Positions 1 through 8,108 of a stretch of DNA of 64,000 bases are shown here, piece after piece. The position numbers were made by a program, and so were the translations under genes. Below the pieces are notes generated by a model. It was given only the letters and a program-made list of their open reading frames with translations. It ran no database searches and was not told the DNA's origin. The first letter of the stretch is position 1. Each line of letters begins with the position of its first letter. Origin of the DNA: Eubacteriales bacterium. GTDB lineage: Bacteria; Bacillota; Clostridia; Oscillospirales; CAG-272. The DNA lies in assembly GCA_045589435.1 (NCBI GenBank), contig JAZNPB010000140.1:1428-65427 (forward strand). The letters are read 5' to 3'.

Positions 1-2
1 TG

Positions 3-1292
3 GTTTATGCTCTTGACAGATTTGGAAGAAACTCTGTTGAGATAGCATTGAACAAACAAAGGCTATCCAAAAACAAAATCATACTTATTTCGGCAACGCA
101 GAGAACTTCGGTCAATATTGACGGAAGTAAAAACCTTGACGGTATTCTTCTTGAAAACGTGCTTATATGTCTTTCTGAATACTACTCTGTCGAGCTTGCA
201 CAGAAGGTAAGAAGAGGTCAGAGGGAGAGCCGTCGCAAAGGCAACTTTCTTGGTGGCAGACCACCTTACGGATATAGGGTTGAAAACAAGAAAATCCTGA
301 TACATGAGGAGAGAGCTGAGGTTGTAAGGTTAATATTTGACCTATACGTATCCGGAAAATGTGTGCGAGAGATCCTTGAGGAGCTTAATAAACGAGGCAT
401 TCTCTATAACGGCAAACCGATATACCAAAGCACCTTATTTAAGATTTTGAAGCTTGAAAAATACACCGGTGTTTACAGATATGACGGTGAGGTTTACACG
501 GATATGTACCCTCAAATAGTAGATACGGCGGTATTTCAGCGAGTGCAACGAATGATGGATAAAAACAAGCACGGATCCAGCAGTCGAAATACCGATTTTC
601 TGTTGAAAGGAAAGCTTTACTGTGGTAGATGCGGTATGAAGATCAACGGCGACAGCGGAACGGCAAAAAACGGTGAAATGAAATTCTACTACACCTGCTC
701 TAACAAAAAGCGTTTCCGAGGTTGCAGCAAAACGAGTCTAAAGAAGGAGGCACTTGAAAAATGTGTGATAGATGCAACACTTAAGCTTCTGAACACCCCA
801 GAAAAAATATCCAGGCTTGCAGACGAGGTTGTTAATCTTAACGAACAGATATCTAAGGAACAAAGCATTCTTAATTTGCTTATTAGCGAAAGGGCTAAAA
901 TTCAAAAGTCACTTGATAACGTTATGATAGCGATTGAAGAAGGCATAATCACCTCAACCACTAAGGCGAGGATGACCGAGCTTGAAAATTCGCTTGCAGA
1001 AATCAATATGAAGATTGCTGCCGAAGAAAGTAAGCTTGACAGGACACTAAAAAAAGAAGACGTAGAAAAGTTTATAATTGAGGCTCTTGCATCCGAGCCG
1101 AAGGCGATGATTGAACTTTTGATTGACAAGATAATTCTCTATGAGGATAGGATAGAAATATTCTATGTATATGGCAATAATACTGATCCCGATGAACCCA
1201 ATTTGGAAGTTCATCGGGACTTCTTTTTATCTAATCAAAAAATAAAAATAACCCAAAGGGGCTTTGAAGCTACCTTTGAGCTAAAAATATAA
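3..1292 (+). CDS. large serine recombinase/integrase, N-terminus cut by window edge
   Basis: The frame is open from nt 3 (VYALDRFGRN = catalytic-Arg motif of the resolvase domain), so the ORF-track start at 48 is an edge artefact. Downstream are a recombinase domain, a Cys-rich zinc ribbon (CGRCG...YYTCSNKKRFRGCS) and a long coiled-coil tail. Confidence 0.85.
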   Translation, partial: VYALDRFGRNSVEIALNKQRLSKNKIILISATQRTSVNIDGSKNLDGILLENVLICLSEYYSVELAQKVRRGQRESRRKGNFLGGRPPYGYRVENKKILIHEERAEVVRLIFDLYVSGKCVREILEELNKRGILYNGKPIYQSTLFKILKLEKYTGVYRYDGEVYTDMYPQIVDTAVFQRVQRMMDKNKHGSSSRNTDFLLKGKLYCGRCGMKINGDSGTAKNGEMKFYYTCSNKKRFRGCSKTSLKKEALEKCVIDATLKLLNTPEKISRLADEVVNLNEQISKEQSILNLLISERAKIQKSLDNVMIAIEEGIITSTTKARMTELENSLAEINMKIAAEESKLDRTLKKEDVEKFIIEALASEPKAMIELLIDKIILYEDRIEIFYVYGNNTDPDEPNLEVHRDFFLSNQKIKITQRGFEATFELKI

Positions 1293-1308
1293 AAAGTCAT
1301 CAATCATA

Positions 1309-1477
1309 GTACGGGAATTTGCTCCGTCTGACGAGCTTCCCACAGGGAAGGGCGGAGCAATGTTTCGAACCCAATTCGCGCAAGCTAAAAAAAGCAAAAC
1401 AAGAAGATCAAAGCTATGAATTGCATAATTTGCAAAGCGCGAGTATGTTCGATTCCTTCGCACGAGTCACCACAATA
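1309..1477 (-). repeat. tRNA-Glu-derived structured element, copy L (inverted tRNA 3'-third plus split T-arm)
   Basis: 1447-1472 is an inverted, slightly diverged copy of the last 26 nt of the adjacent tRNA-Glu. There is a perfect 12-bp inverted repeat at 1466-1477 / 1511-1522 that includes 5 nt of flank. On the minus strand 1373->1309 reads TGGGTTCGA-AACA-[nested hairpin 1360->1319]-ATTCCCGTAC, i.e. a T-arm with a hairpin inserted in the T-loop. Confidence 0.5.
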
Positions 1478-1511
1478 AAAAAATAACCAGCCGAAATATT
1501 CGACTGGTTAT
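1477..1511 (-). terminator. intrinsic terminator downstream of tRNA-Glu(CUC)
   Basis: Minus strand: stem ATAACCAG.CGAA / TTCG.CTGGTTAT followed by a run of seven T. Confidence 0.6.
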
Positions 1512-1515
1512 ATTG

Positions 1516-1590
1516 TGGTGACCCGTACGGGAATCGAACCCATGTTTTCAGCGTGAGAGGCTGATGTCTTAACCGCTTGACCAACGGGCC
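1516..1590 (-). tRNA. tRNA-Glu (anticodon CUC)
   Basis: The reverse complement reads GGCCCGTTGGTCAAGCGGTTAAGACATCAGCCTCTCACGCTGAAAACATGGGTTCGATTCCCGTACGGGTCACCA. Cloverleaf with anticodon loop CT-CTC-AC and encoded CCA. Near-identical backbone to the tRNA-Glu at 48098. Confidence 0.9.
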
Positions 1591-1609
1591 GTCGTTTGGT
1601 TGCTAGGAT

Positions 1610-1638
1610 ATTATACTACAAATTGCGGAAAATGTCAA
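1610..1638 (-). promoter_or_regulatory. sigma-70 type promoter for tRNA-Glu(CUC)
   Basis: Minus strand: TTGACA, 17 nt spacer, TATAAT. It shares the extended context AAACCTATTGACATTTT...TATAATATCCTAGC with the promoter at 47956. Confidence 0.6.
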
Positions 1639-1777
1639 TAGGTTTCGAAAAAGTTTTTTAAGTTTTTTTCGTGACCTGAAAATACAGTGAATATATTAAC
1701 TGTATCCGCAAAGAAAACGTAAAAATTGTGATGCTTTTCGCTTTTTGTTATGCACCACCCGATGAGGGTGGTGCTGT

Positions 1778-2224
1778 TTAATTTGATTTTACGTAGGTGG
1801 GATCACCGTTTTTTGCAATAACATCATCTCGTTTTTTATATCCTCTTTTGGTATAGAAGAACTCCGCTGTATCAGTTGTTAAAATATACTGACGTATCCC
1901 AAGGCTTGAAAACTGCTTTTCTGCCAACGACAAAAGTTCCGTGCCAATGCCTTGTCTGCGACGCTCCGGAGAAACCCAAAACTCCCTGATAAATCCGTAT
2001 CTTTCGGTGAAAAACCAGCTTTCCGAGCATATGGGCTGACATTGGATAAATCCCTCTATTTTTCCTTCATCATTTGAATATACTATAGCAAAATTCTCTT
2101 CATTATTCATACAAGAAAACAGCGAGCCCCAATCCTTAACACTTATATCAAGCTCTGCAAAATACCTCTTAAAAGCTATGATAAATTCGGGATTTTCAAA
2201 GTCATCCAACAATTCATATCTCAT
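1778..2224 (-). CDS. GNAT family N-acetyltransferase
   Basis: 148 aa. Acetyl-CoA binding motif RRRQGIGTELLSLAEKQ. Lies 34 nt downstream of the ABC pair on the same strand. Confidence 0.8.
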   Translation of the reverse strand: MRYELLDDFENPEFIIAFKRYFAELDISVKDWGSLFSCMNNEENFAIVYSNDEGKIEGFIQCQPICSESWFFTERYGFIREFWVSPERRRQGIGTELLSLAEKQFSSLGIRQYILTTDTAEFFYTKRGYKKRDDVIAKNGDPTYVKSN

Positions 2225-2258
2225 ATCTAATCACCTTAATACCTGCGTTTTGACAATA

Positions 2259-4055
2259 TTACTTTGCATTTTGTGGCATTTGATATTGATCATAAACACT
2301 ATTTGGATACTGACTTCTGTGGATTTTTGCATAGAGCCCGTTTTGATTTATCAGCTCGGCATGGCTTCCCTGCTCTACTATATGACCGTTATCAACTACC
2401 AAAATCACGTCTGCATTTTCGATGGTGGACAGCCTATGAGCTATTACAAAGGCAGTGCGTCCTGCCATCAGCTCGTCCATGGTTTTCTGAATAATCAGCT
2501 CCGTTCTAGTGTCAACGTTGCTAGTTGCCTCGTCAAGAATGAGTATTGGGCGGTTTGAAAGGTAGGCGCGCGCTATCGTTAAGAGCTGCTTTTGACCTGC
2601 GCTGATATTTGTGCTATCTTCGTTTATTTCAGTGTCGTAACCCTTTGGCAGAGCGTTGATGAAGAGATCGATGTGAGCTTGTTTCGCTGCCTCCATCACC
2701 TCATCTCTCGTTGCATTCTCCTTGCCGTATGCTACGTTATCATAAACGGTGCCGGAAAACAGCATCGTATCCTGAAGCACCATGCCGAAAATGCCGCGAA
2801 CCTCTGAGCGATCCATTTTGCAGATATCCTTTCCGTCAACCAGGATCCGCCCCTCATTGGGATCGTAGAATCGCATGAGTAAGTTAACAATAGTGGTTTT
2901 TCCACCACCCGTGGGGCCGACTATTGCAACCTTTTGCCCCGGCTCTATTGTAAGATTCAAATTTTCTATCAGTGGAGTGTCCTCTTTGTATGAAAAGCTG
3001 ACGTTTTCGAAAACCACCCTTCCCACAACGCCACCGCTTTCAGTTTCGTGGGACTCCACCATTTCCTCGCTGTCGAGATACTCATAAACGCGCTTGGCAG
3101 AGGCAATGGTGGACTGGATCATCGACATTCCGTTTGCAATAGATTCAAGGGGACCCGCAAAGAGCTTTGTATACATAATGAACGCCACCATATCACCCAC
3201 CTCTACCTTATCAGTACTGATTACAAGATAAGCTCCTATAATACAGATAGCAACGTAGGAGAAATTATTTATGAGTGCCACGATCGGTCCTACTATGCCC
3301 GACGTGAAGAAACCACGCTCTGAAAGTTTGGCATATTTTTCAGTTATCTTCTTATATTTTTCGTTTTGCGTGTCCTCTGATGCAAAGGTTTTTACAACGT
3401 CAAATCCCGTAAGATTCTCCTCGCAAAGAGAATACATTTTTCCTGATGCCTCGCGGGATTTTTCGAAGTGTTTTTCGCTTCTTGAGGCTAAAATGGCAGA
3501 AATGATCATGGATATAGGTACGAAAATTATCACTGCAAATGCCATATCCGAATTTGCCTTAAAGATGATGATCACGATCATCAGAAGCCTGATAACACCG
3601 TTGATAATTACCCCGAAAATATCATGAACCGAGCCACCCATTACGGAAACGTCGTGAGTCATACGGGAGATAAACTCTCCGTTTGGCGTGGTATCTACGG
3701 ATTTTACAGGAATTTTTGCTATTTTTTCGCTCATGAGAACTCTTATTCTGCAAGTGAAGAAGCTTGTTACCGAATAATTCATAATCGCAGTTGTGAGCGC
3801 ACTGAAAAGGGTTGAAAGCAGATATACCACTGCGAGCAACAAGATCCCGTTCATAAAAGCAGAGCTATCAATGGCAGTGCCGTCATTCAAGAGATTATAG
3901 ATGCTGTTTGTCAGCTCGCCGAGTATCTCCGGTGCTTTCATAGCTGTGTAGGCAGAGCCTATGCTGAGGGCGGTTGCCAAGGCGAGAAAATGGGCTATTG
4001 GAAGTGAATCCTTAACGATTCTGCCGAGAACCTTAAATGAGGATTTATTCTTCAT
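2259..4055 (-). CDS. ABC transporter permease/ATP-binding protein (type I exporter half-transporter)
   Basis: N-terminal 6-TM domain. Walker A GPTGGGKTT, signature SAGQKQLLTIARA, Walker B ILILDEATS. Start moved to ATG 4055 (MKNKSS), which follows GGAGGTG; it overlaps the upstream stop by 11 nt. Confidence 0.9.
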   Translation of the reverse strand: MKNKSSFKVLGRIVKDSLPIAHFLALATALSIGSAYTAMKAPEILGELTNSIYNLLNDGTAIDSSAFMNGILLLAVVYLLSTLFSALTTAIMNYSVTSFFTCRIRVLMSEKIAKIPVKSVDTTPNGEFISRMTHDVSVMGGSVHDIFGVIINGVIRLLMIVIIIFKANSDMAFAVIIFVPISMIISAILASRSEKHFEKSREASGKMYSLCEENLTGFDVVKTFASEDTQNEKYKKITEKYAKLSERGFFTSGIVGPIVALINNFSYVAICIIGAYLVISTDKVEVGDMVAFIMYTKLFAGPLESIANGMSMIQSTIASAKRVYEYLDSEEMVESHETESGGVVGRVVFENVSFSYKEDTPLIENLNLTIEPGQKVAIVGPTGGGKTTIVNLLMRFYDPNEGRILVDGKDICKMDRSEVRGIFGMVLQDTMLFSGTVYDNVAYGKENATRDEVMEAAKQAHIDLFINALPKGYDTEINEDSTNISAGQKQLLTIARAYLSNRPILILDEATSNVDTRTELIIQKTMDELMAGRTAFVIAHRLSTIENADVILVVDNGHIVEQGSHAELINQNGLYAKIHRSQYPNSVYDQYQMPQNAK

Positions 4056-5787
4056 CGCTATCACCTCCCAGCATTTCTTTACCAAGCTGCGACTCTGCAA
4101 TTTCGCGATAAAGTGAGCATGACCTCATAAGTCCGTCGTGAGATCCTTCGGCAATTATTTTGCCTCCGTCCATTACGTAAATACGCTCTGCACTCATGGC
4201 AGTACTTATCCTCTGGGTGATGATCAATTGACTTTTACCACGTAGTATTCTACCGTAATTTTTTCTGATCTCGCTTTCGGTTAAAAAGTCGAGAGCACTG
4301 AAACTATCGTCGAATATGTAAATATTTGTTTGCTTAATAACCGCTCTTGCCATGTTGATTCTTTGTCTTTGTCCACCACTAATATTTTGTCCCATACCGA
4401 CAAGCAAGTAATCAAGCCCCTCTTTATGAGAGTCCACAAAATCGGACATCTTGGATAAGCGGAGAGCCTCGTAGATCTCCTCATCGGTAGCATCCGGCTT
4501 ACCCATCTTTACGTTATCGCGAACACTTCCCTCGAAAATTATCGCCTTTTGCTGCGCTGTGGAAAAGTTTGATCTTATCACAGATTTTGACAGATCGGCA
4601 TAGTCTGCACCACCGAGAGTTATGCTACCGCTATCTGCTTCAAATAGTCCTAAGAGCAACTTTGCAAATGTGGTTTTTCCACTTCCCGTGCCACCGATAA
4701 TAGCAACGCGCTCCCCCTCTTTGATTTCAAGCGAAAGATCTCGCAAGGAGGGCTCCGAGGCGCCGGGGTAGGAAAACGTCAGACCGTCAACGCGCAGATG
4801 AAATCCCTCAGGTACTCCGAGTTTATCACCGGGAGCTTCCTCGTTTTCAAGGCTGTGTATCTCGTTAATTCTTCTTATAGAAACCTTGAGTCGTGGCAGC
4901 CATGCAAGTGTCCACGAGAGGTTGATAAGAGCGTTTGAGATGAGAGCGACGTACTGCAAAACGGCAATAACGTCACCTGCGCCTATTCCTGCTCCCCCCT
5001 CTGCTCTCATCTTGCCAAAATACACCACCGCAACGGTCGCCATATTCAGAAGAAACATAGCGAAAGGATCAACCATTCCGCCTCTGATATTGGCTCTTAT
5101 CATGTATTTTGACATTTCCTCAGTAGCAAACTTTGCTCTCCCATGTTCGTGAGCCTCTTTGTTAAATGCACGAACGACACGGAGTCCGGAAAGCCTCTCT
5201 CTGACAACTTTATTTTGCATATCCACGTATTTATCCGACTTATCCCACATTTCATATAAAGGGCGCATAATGATAAGCACCAAAATAATCACGGGTGGGA
5301 TGGATAGCAAAAACACCAAGGACAGCACTCCGTCTGCCATGAAGGAAAGCACTGCCGATCCAATAAACATGAGAGGAACTGTGACGAAAGTATAAGGTAA
5401 GCTCGTGACAGCACCCTCTACGTTCCACACGTCATCCGTAGCCCTTGTGAGAAGTCCTGACGGGCCGATTTTTGAATAGTCGGAGTAGGAGAGCGAGTTA
5501 ATTTTCTCAAAGGTTTTTTGAAAGAGATTTGAGGTATAGCTTGCAGTAATGTGAGTGTTCAGCTTTGCAGATATTACGTTTACCAAGGTCGATATAACAG
5601 CCAAGCAAAGCATTACTATACCGTATTGCCATACAACTTTCATATTTCTTGCAGCTACACCGCGCTCTACGATCTCGCTCATAACGTAGGGAATAAACAG
5701 CGCGGTGATCATTCCCAATGCATCAAGCAATAGAACTGCGATCAGCTGCTTTTTGTAAGGTTTTAATAATTCTAATAGTTTTTTCAT
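4045..5787 (-). CDS. ABC transporter permease/ATP-binding protein (partner half-transporter)
   Basis: TM domain plus Walker A GGTGSGKTT, signature SGGQRQRINMARA, Walker B IYIFDDSFSALD. Translationally coupled to the downstream half, as in heterodimeric exporters. Confidence 0.9.
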   Translation of the reverse strand: MKKLLELLKPYKKQLIAVLLLDALGMITALFIPYVMSEIVERGVAARNMKVVWQYGIVMLCLAVISTLVNVISAKLNTHITASYTSNLFQKTFEKINSLSYSDYSKIGPSGLLTRATDDVWNVEGAVTSLPYTFVTVPLMFIGSAVLSFMADGVLSLVFLLSIPPVIILVLIIMRPLYEMWDKSDKYVDMQNKVVRERLSGLRVVRAFNKEAHEHGRAKFATEEMSKYMIRANIRGGMVDPFAMFLLNMATVAVVYFGKMRAEGGAGIGAGDVIAVLQYVALISNALINLSWTLAWLPRLKVSIRRINEIHSLENEEAPGDKLGVPEGFHLRVDGLTFSYPGASEPSLRDLSLEIKEGERVAIIGGTGSGKTTFAKLLLGLFEADSGSITLGGADYADLSKSVIRSNFSTAQQKAIIFEGSVRDNVKMGKPDATDEEIYEALRLSKMSDFVDSHKEGLDYLLVGMGQNISGGQRQRINMARAVIKQTNIYIFDDSFSALDFLTESEIRKNYGRILRGKSQLIITQRISTAMSAERIYVMDGGKIIAEGSHDGLMRSCSLYREIAESQLGKEMLGGDSDEE

Positions 5788-5811
5788 TTTTTGTTTCTAG
5801 GTTTTTTCGTC

Positions 5812-5857
5812 CGAAAAAGAACAGCACCCCTAAAGCGCAAGATACGCCGGGGCACTG
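5812..5857 (-). terminator. second intrinsic terminator of the leader region (attenuator candidate)
   Basis: Minus-strand RNA: CAGUGCCCC-18 nt loop-GGGGUGCUG (two G-U pairs) followed by UUCUUUUU. Ends 25 nt before the ABC start codon. Confidence 0.5.
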
Positions 5858-5868
5858 AAAATCCGTAT

Positions 5869-5904
5869 AAAAAGAAAAACCCCGAGGCGCACTCTACGCT
5901 CGGG
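5869..5904 (-). terminator. first intrinsic terminator directly after the leader ORF
   Basis: Minus strand: CCCGAG-12 nt-CTCGGG followed by GTTTTTCTTTTT. Confidence 0.6.
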
Positions 5905-5931
5905 AATTATAGCAAACGTGTGTCAGCTATT

Positions 5932-6009
5932 TTACGCTATTACTTCTCCGGAGGCGAGTACTTTGTTTGTGATATTGCCGATAGTGTTGTTTGTGTTACA
6001 GATTGTCAT
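5932..6009 (-). CDS. 25-codon leader ORF (MTICNTNNTIGNITNKVLASGEVIA) upstream of the ABC exporter pair
   Basis: AGGAGG lies 8 nt upstream of the ATG. The ORF sits between a consensus promoter and two terminators. It is too short for the ORF track and has no recognisable homology. Confidence 0.45.
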   Translation of the reverse strand: MTICNTNNTIGNITNKVLASGEVIA

Positions 6010-6048
6010 TGTTACTTCCTCCTTTCCTTGATATTTATTTACAAAAGT

Positions 6049-6077
6049 ATTCTAACACAATAGGAAGACTTTGTCAA
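6049..6077 (-). promoter_or_regulatory. sigma-70 type promoter of leader ORF/ABC operon
   Basis: Minus strand: TTGACA, 17 nt spacer, TAGAAT. Confidence 0.6.
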
Positions 6078-6170
6078 TAGGTTTTACATAATTTGTTAAA
6101 TGATATTTTTTTGACAAGTTATGTTTACTCTCTCGGTGCCTTTTTCGTGTTTTTCTCTTTACTTGAATTA

Positions 6171-6203
6171 CAAAAAAGAGCCTCCCAGATCCAGGGGAGG
6201 CTC
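6171..6203 (-). terminator. intrinsic terminator after the GtrA-like gene
   Basis: GAGCCTCCC/GGGAGGCTC stem. On the minus strand it is followed by TTTTTTG. Confidence 0.6.
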
Positions 6204-6209
6204 GCAACA

Positions 6210-6881
6210 CTACTGATGCGCAGATTCATTTTTCTTATCGTTAAAGACGATCTTATTGACTATGAAGAAAACAACCATAGAGATCGTGCCGTTTAACATG
6301 GTGGTTCCGATATTATAAAGCCAAGGACCAACGAAGTGGCCTGCAACGGCTGCCCAAGCACAGTTGATGGAGTTTACAACGCAAGTTACAGCGCAAAACG
6401 CCAAAAAATACCAGCCGCCTTGATACAGTATATTACCGTTTGACTTGAACACGTATTTCCTCTGCATGAAGAAATTAATGACCTCACCGATCACCATGGC
6501 AACCATGTATGCAGTAAAGTATGAAAGTCCTCCCTGATCTGCACCGTAGCCGATTATGTACCACTTAAACTCTATGCCAAAGAGAGTCACGTCAAGTCCC
6601 GGGAAGCCAAAATCACGGTTGCCCATAAATGAAAATGCCATTGGTAAAAACGTCAGGATCAGATATTTAAAAATTGTGATAAGAATGCTTACGATGAGGA
6701 ACAGACCGCCTTCCATCACCCACTGCGAGAGTTTTGGATTTTTCTCTGCAAACGCTCCCCAAACCGTCTTGAATTTTTCTTTTAGTTTGACTACAACGTC
6801 CTTTATCCACTCAAGAGCTTTAACAAAAAATGCTTTGATCTTATTTGTCACTTTTTTAAGAGATTCCTTTAATTTTTCCAT
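6210..6881 (-). CDS. GtrA-like polytopic membrane protein with amphipathic N-terminal extension
   Basis: Several TM segments and a GtrA-type FFMQRKYVFKS motif. Start moved to MEKLKE (ATG 6881), which follows GGAGGAG. The longer ORF-track start lacks an RBS. Confidence 0.5.
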   Translation of the reverse strand: MEKLKESLKKVTNKIKAFFVKALEWIKDVVVKLKEKFKTVWGAFAEKNPKLSQWVMEGGLFLIVSILITIFKYLILTFLPMAFSFMGNRDFGFPGLDVTLFGIEFKWYIIGYGADQGGLSYFTAYMVAMVIGEVINFFMQRKYVFKSNGNILYQGGWYFLAFCAVTCVVNSINCAWAAVAGHFVGPWLYNIGTTMLNGTISMVVFFIVNKIVFNDKKNESAHQ

Positions 6882-7198
6882 AACTCCTCCATAAAGCATG
6901 TCCATCAAGTTTAAGACCTTACATATATAATACCATAAATCCGCATCGAAAAAAATAGGTTCTGCAAAATTTAGCATATTTTTGTTGAAGTAGCACAAAA
7001 ACCTGACGTAGTTTATGTGCAATTTTCACAACTGCCTTGTGAGCTTTATAAGGAAACAAAAGTATCATGCCTATGACAATAAAAGAGATTTTTCAAAAAC
7101 AGCAATTCTGACATTTTCCTGCATTTCTCACATTTTTCCTTGTTTTTGACAATAATTATTTACAAACATCTTGACTTTCAGCAACTTCTATAAGGCAC

Positions 7199-7227
7199 TT
7201 GACAAACCTCGAAAAAAATAGTAGAAT
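7199..7227 (+). promoter_or_regulatory. sigma-70 type promoter
   Basis: TTGACA, 17 nt spacer, TAGAAT upstream of the HAD gene. Confidence 0.5.
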
Positions 7228-7262
7228 ATATCTATCGAAAACTTTTCAGGATGGAGACTTTT

Positions 7263-7964
7263 ATGAATTTTGTTTTTGACCTATACGGAACGCTGATAGA
7301 TATCTGGACTGATGAGGACTCACCGAGAGTTTGGCGAGCTCTTGCGGGAAGACTTCGCGGGTGCAAGAGGAAATACGCCTTTGCAAAGGATGAATACATG
7401 AGGCTTTGCAGCGAGGAAGTTCGCTACGAGGGACATGAGTTTGATCTTTTGCGCGTGTTTGAAAAGCTTCTGGAAAACGAAGGACAGAATAAGGCTTATG
7501 CAAAGGAGCTGGCACATGAATTTCGCGATGCTTCCATGGTGCGACTTACCCTGTTCCCTCTCGTAAAGGAGATGCTGACTGAGCTTAAGACAAGCGGTGC
7601 CGGAGTATATCTCTTATCCAACGCTCAAAGCTGTTTTACCATGCGAGAGCTTGATACCCTTGGACTGACAGAGCTTTTTGACGGTATTATAATCTCCTCT
7701 GACGTAGGATGGAAAAAGCCATACAGTGAAATTTTCAACATTGCCTTTCAGAAATTCGGCATTGATAAGAATGACTCCTTTTACGTTGGTAACGATCTTC
7801 GCGACGACATTTTGGGAGCAAGCCGTGCCGGTATGAAGACCGTATACATTAAAACAGAGCAATCCAGGGATTATCCGGATCGGTCACTTCCCTATCCGGA
7901 TTACGTAGCAAAAGACCATGAAGAGCTTTACGAGATACTTCTGAATTTAGCAAAAAAGGGATAA
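7263..7964 (+). CDS. HAD superfamily hydrolase (haloacid dehalogenase-like, subfamily IA)
   Basis: Motif I FDLYGTLID, motif II LSNA, motif III/IV K...GNDLRDD. ATG 7263 has GGAG 6 nt upstream; an alternative ATG is at 7251. Confidence 0.8.
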   Translation: MNFVFDLYGTLIDIWTDEDSPRVWRALAGRLRGCKRKYAFAKDEYMRLCSEEVRYEGHEFDLLRVFEKLLENEGQNKAYAKELAHEFRDASMVRLTLFPLVKEMLTELKTSGAGVYLLSNAQSCFTMRELDTLGLTELFDGIIISSDVGWKKPYSEIFNIAFQKFGIDKNDSFYVGNDLRDDILGASRAGMKTVYIKTEQSRDYPDRSLPYPDYVAKDHEELYEILLNLAKKG

Positions 7965-8001
7965 ATTACATAACATTTTTATCTTTTTGCACAAAAAGTA
8001 G

Positions 8002-8030
8002 TTGAAAAAGCAAAACAAATATGTTATAAT
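8002..8030 (+). promoter_or_regulatory. sigma-70 type promoter of pfk
   Basis: TTGAAA, 17 nt spacer, TATAAT. Confidence 0.55.
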
Positions 8031-8108
8031 TGTACATAGCGTAATTTTTTATACGCCCATCACCCGTTAGTAGACTAATTAAATATAATTTTACGGAGGA
8101 ACACCCCT

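Noticed and set aside
1319-1360. Hammerhead (or twister-like) ribozyme suggested by CTGACGA followed by a stable stem II-like hairpin.
   Set aside because: After the hairpin the obligatory GAAA core and stem III/cleavage site are missing on both strands. The outer and inner stems simply form a nested hairpin.
1752-1774. GCACCACCC/GGGTGGTGC hairpin downstream of the GNAT gene, as its terminator.
   Set aside because: On the minus (coding) strand the stem is followed by an A-rich sequence, not a T-rich one, so it is not a canonical intrinsic terminator for that gene. It may be a stabilising hairpin or act on the plus strand.
2178-5733. Numerous 60-150 aa plus-strand ORFs antisense to the ABC transporter genes. 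Similar antisense ORFs lie within pfk, rumA, rhaA, GH1, GH78 and the transporter genes.
   Set aside because: They lie entirely within well-supported genes on the other strand and have no RBS or recognisable motifs.
6882-7022. N-terminal extensions proposed by the ORF track. Affected ORFs are 6210-7022, 2259-4100, 44231-47383, 51300-52664, 57285-58790, 58710-59447, 16142-16651, 18263-19237 and 52710-53696.
   Set aside because: In each case an internal start codon is preceded by a good SD at 5-9 nt, and it gives the N-terminus expected for the family. The upstream extension is hydrophobic or low-complexity with no RBS.
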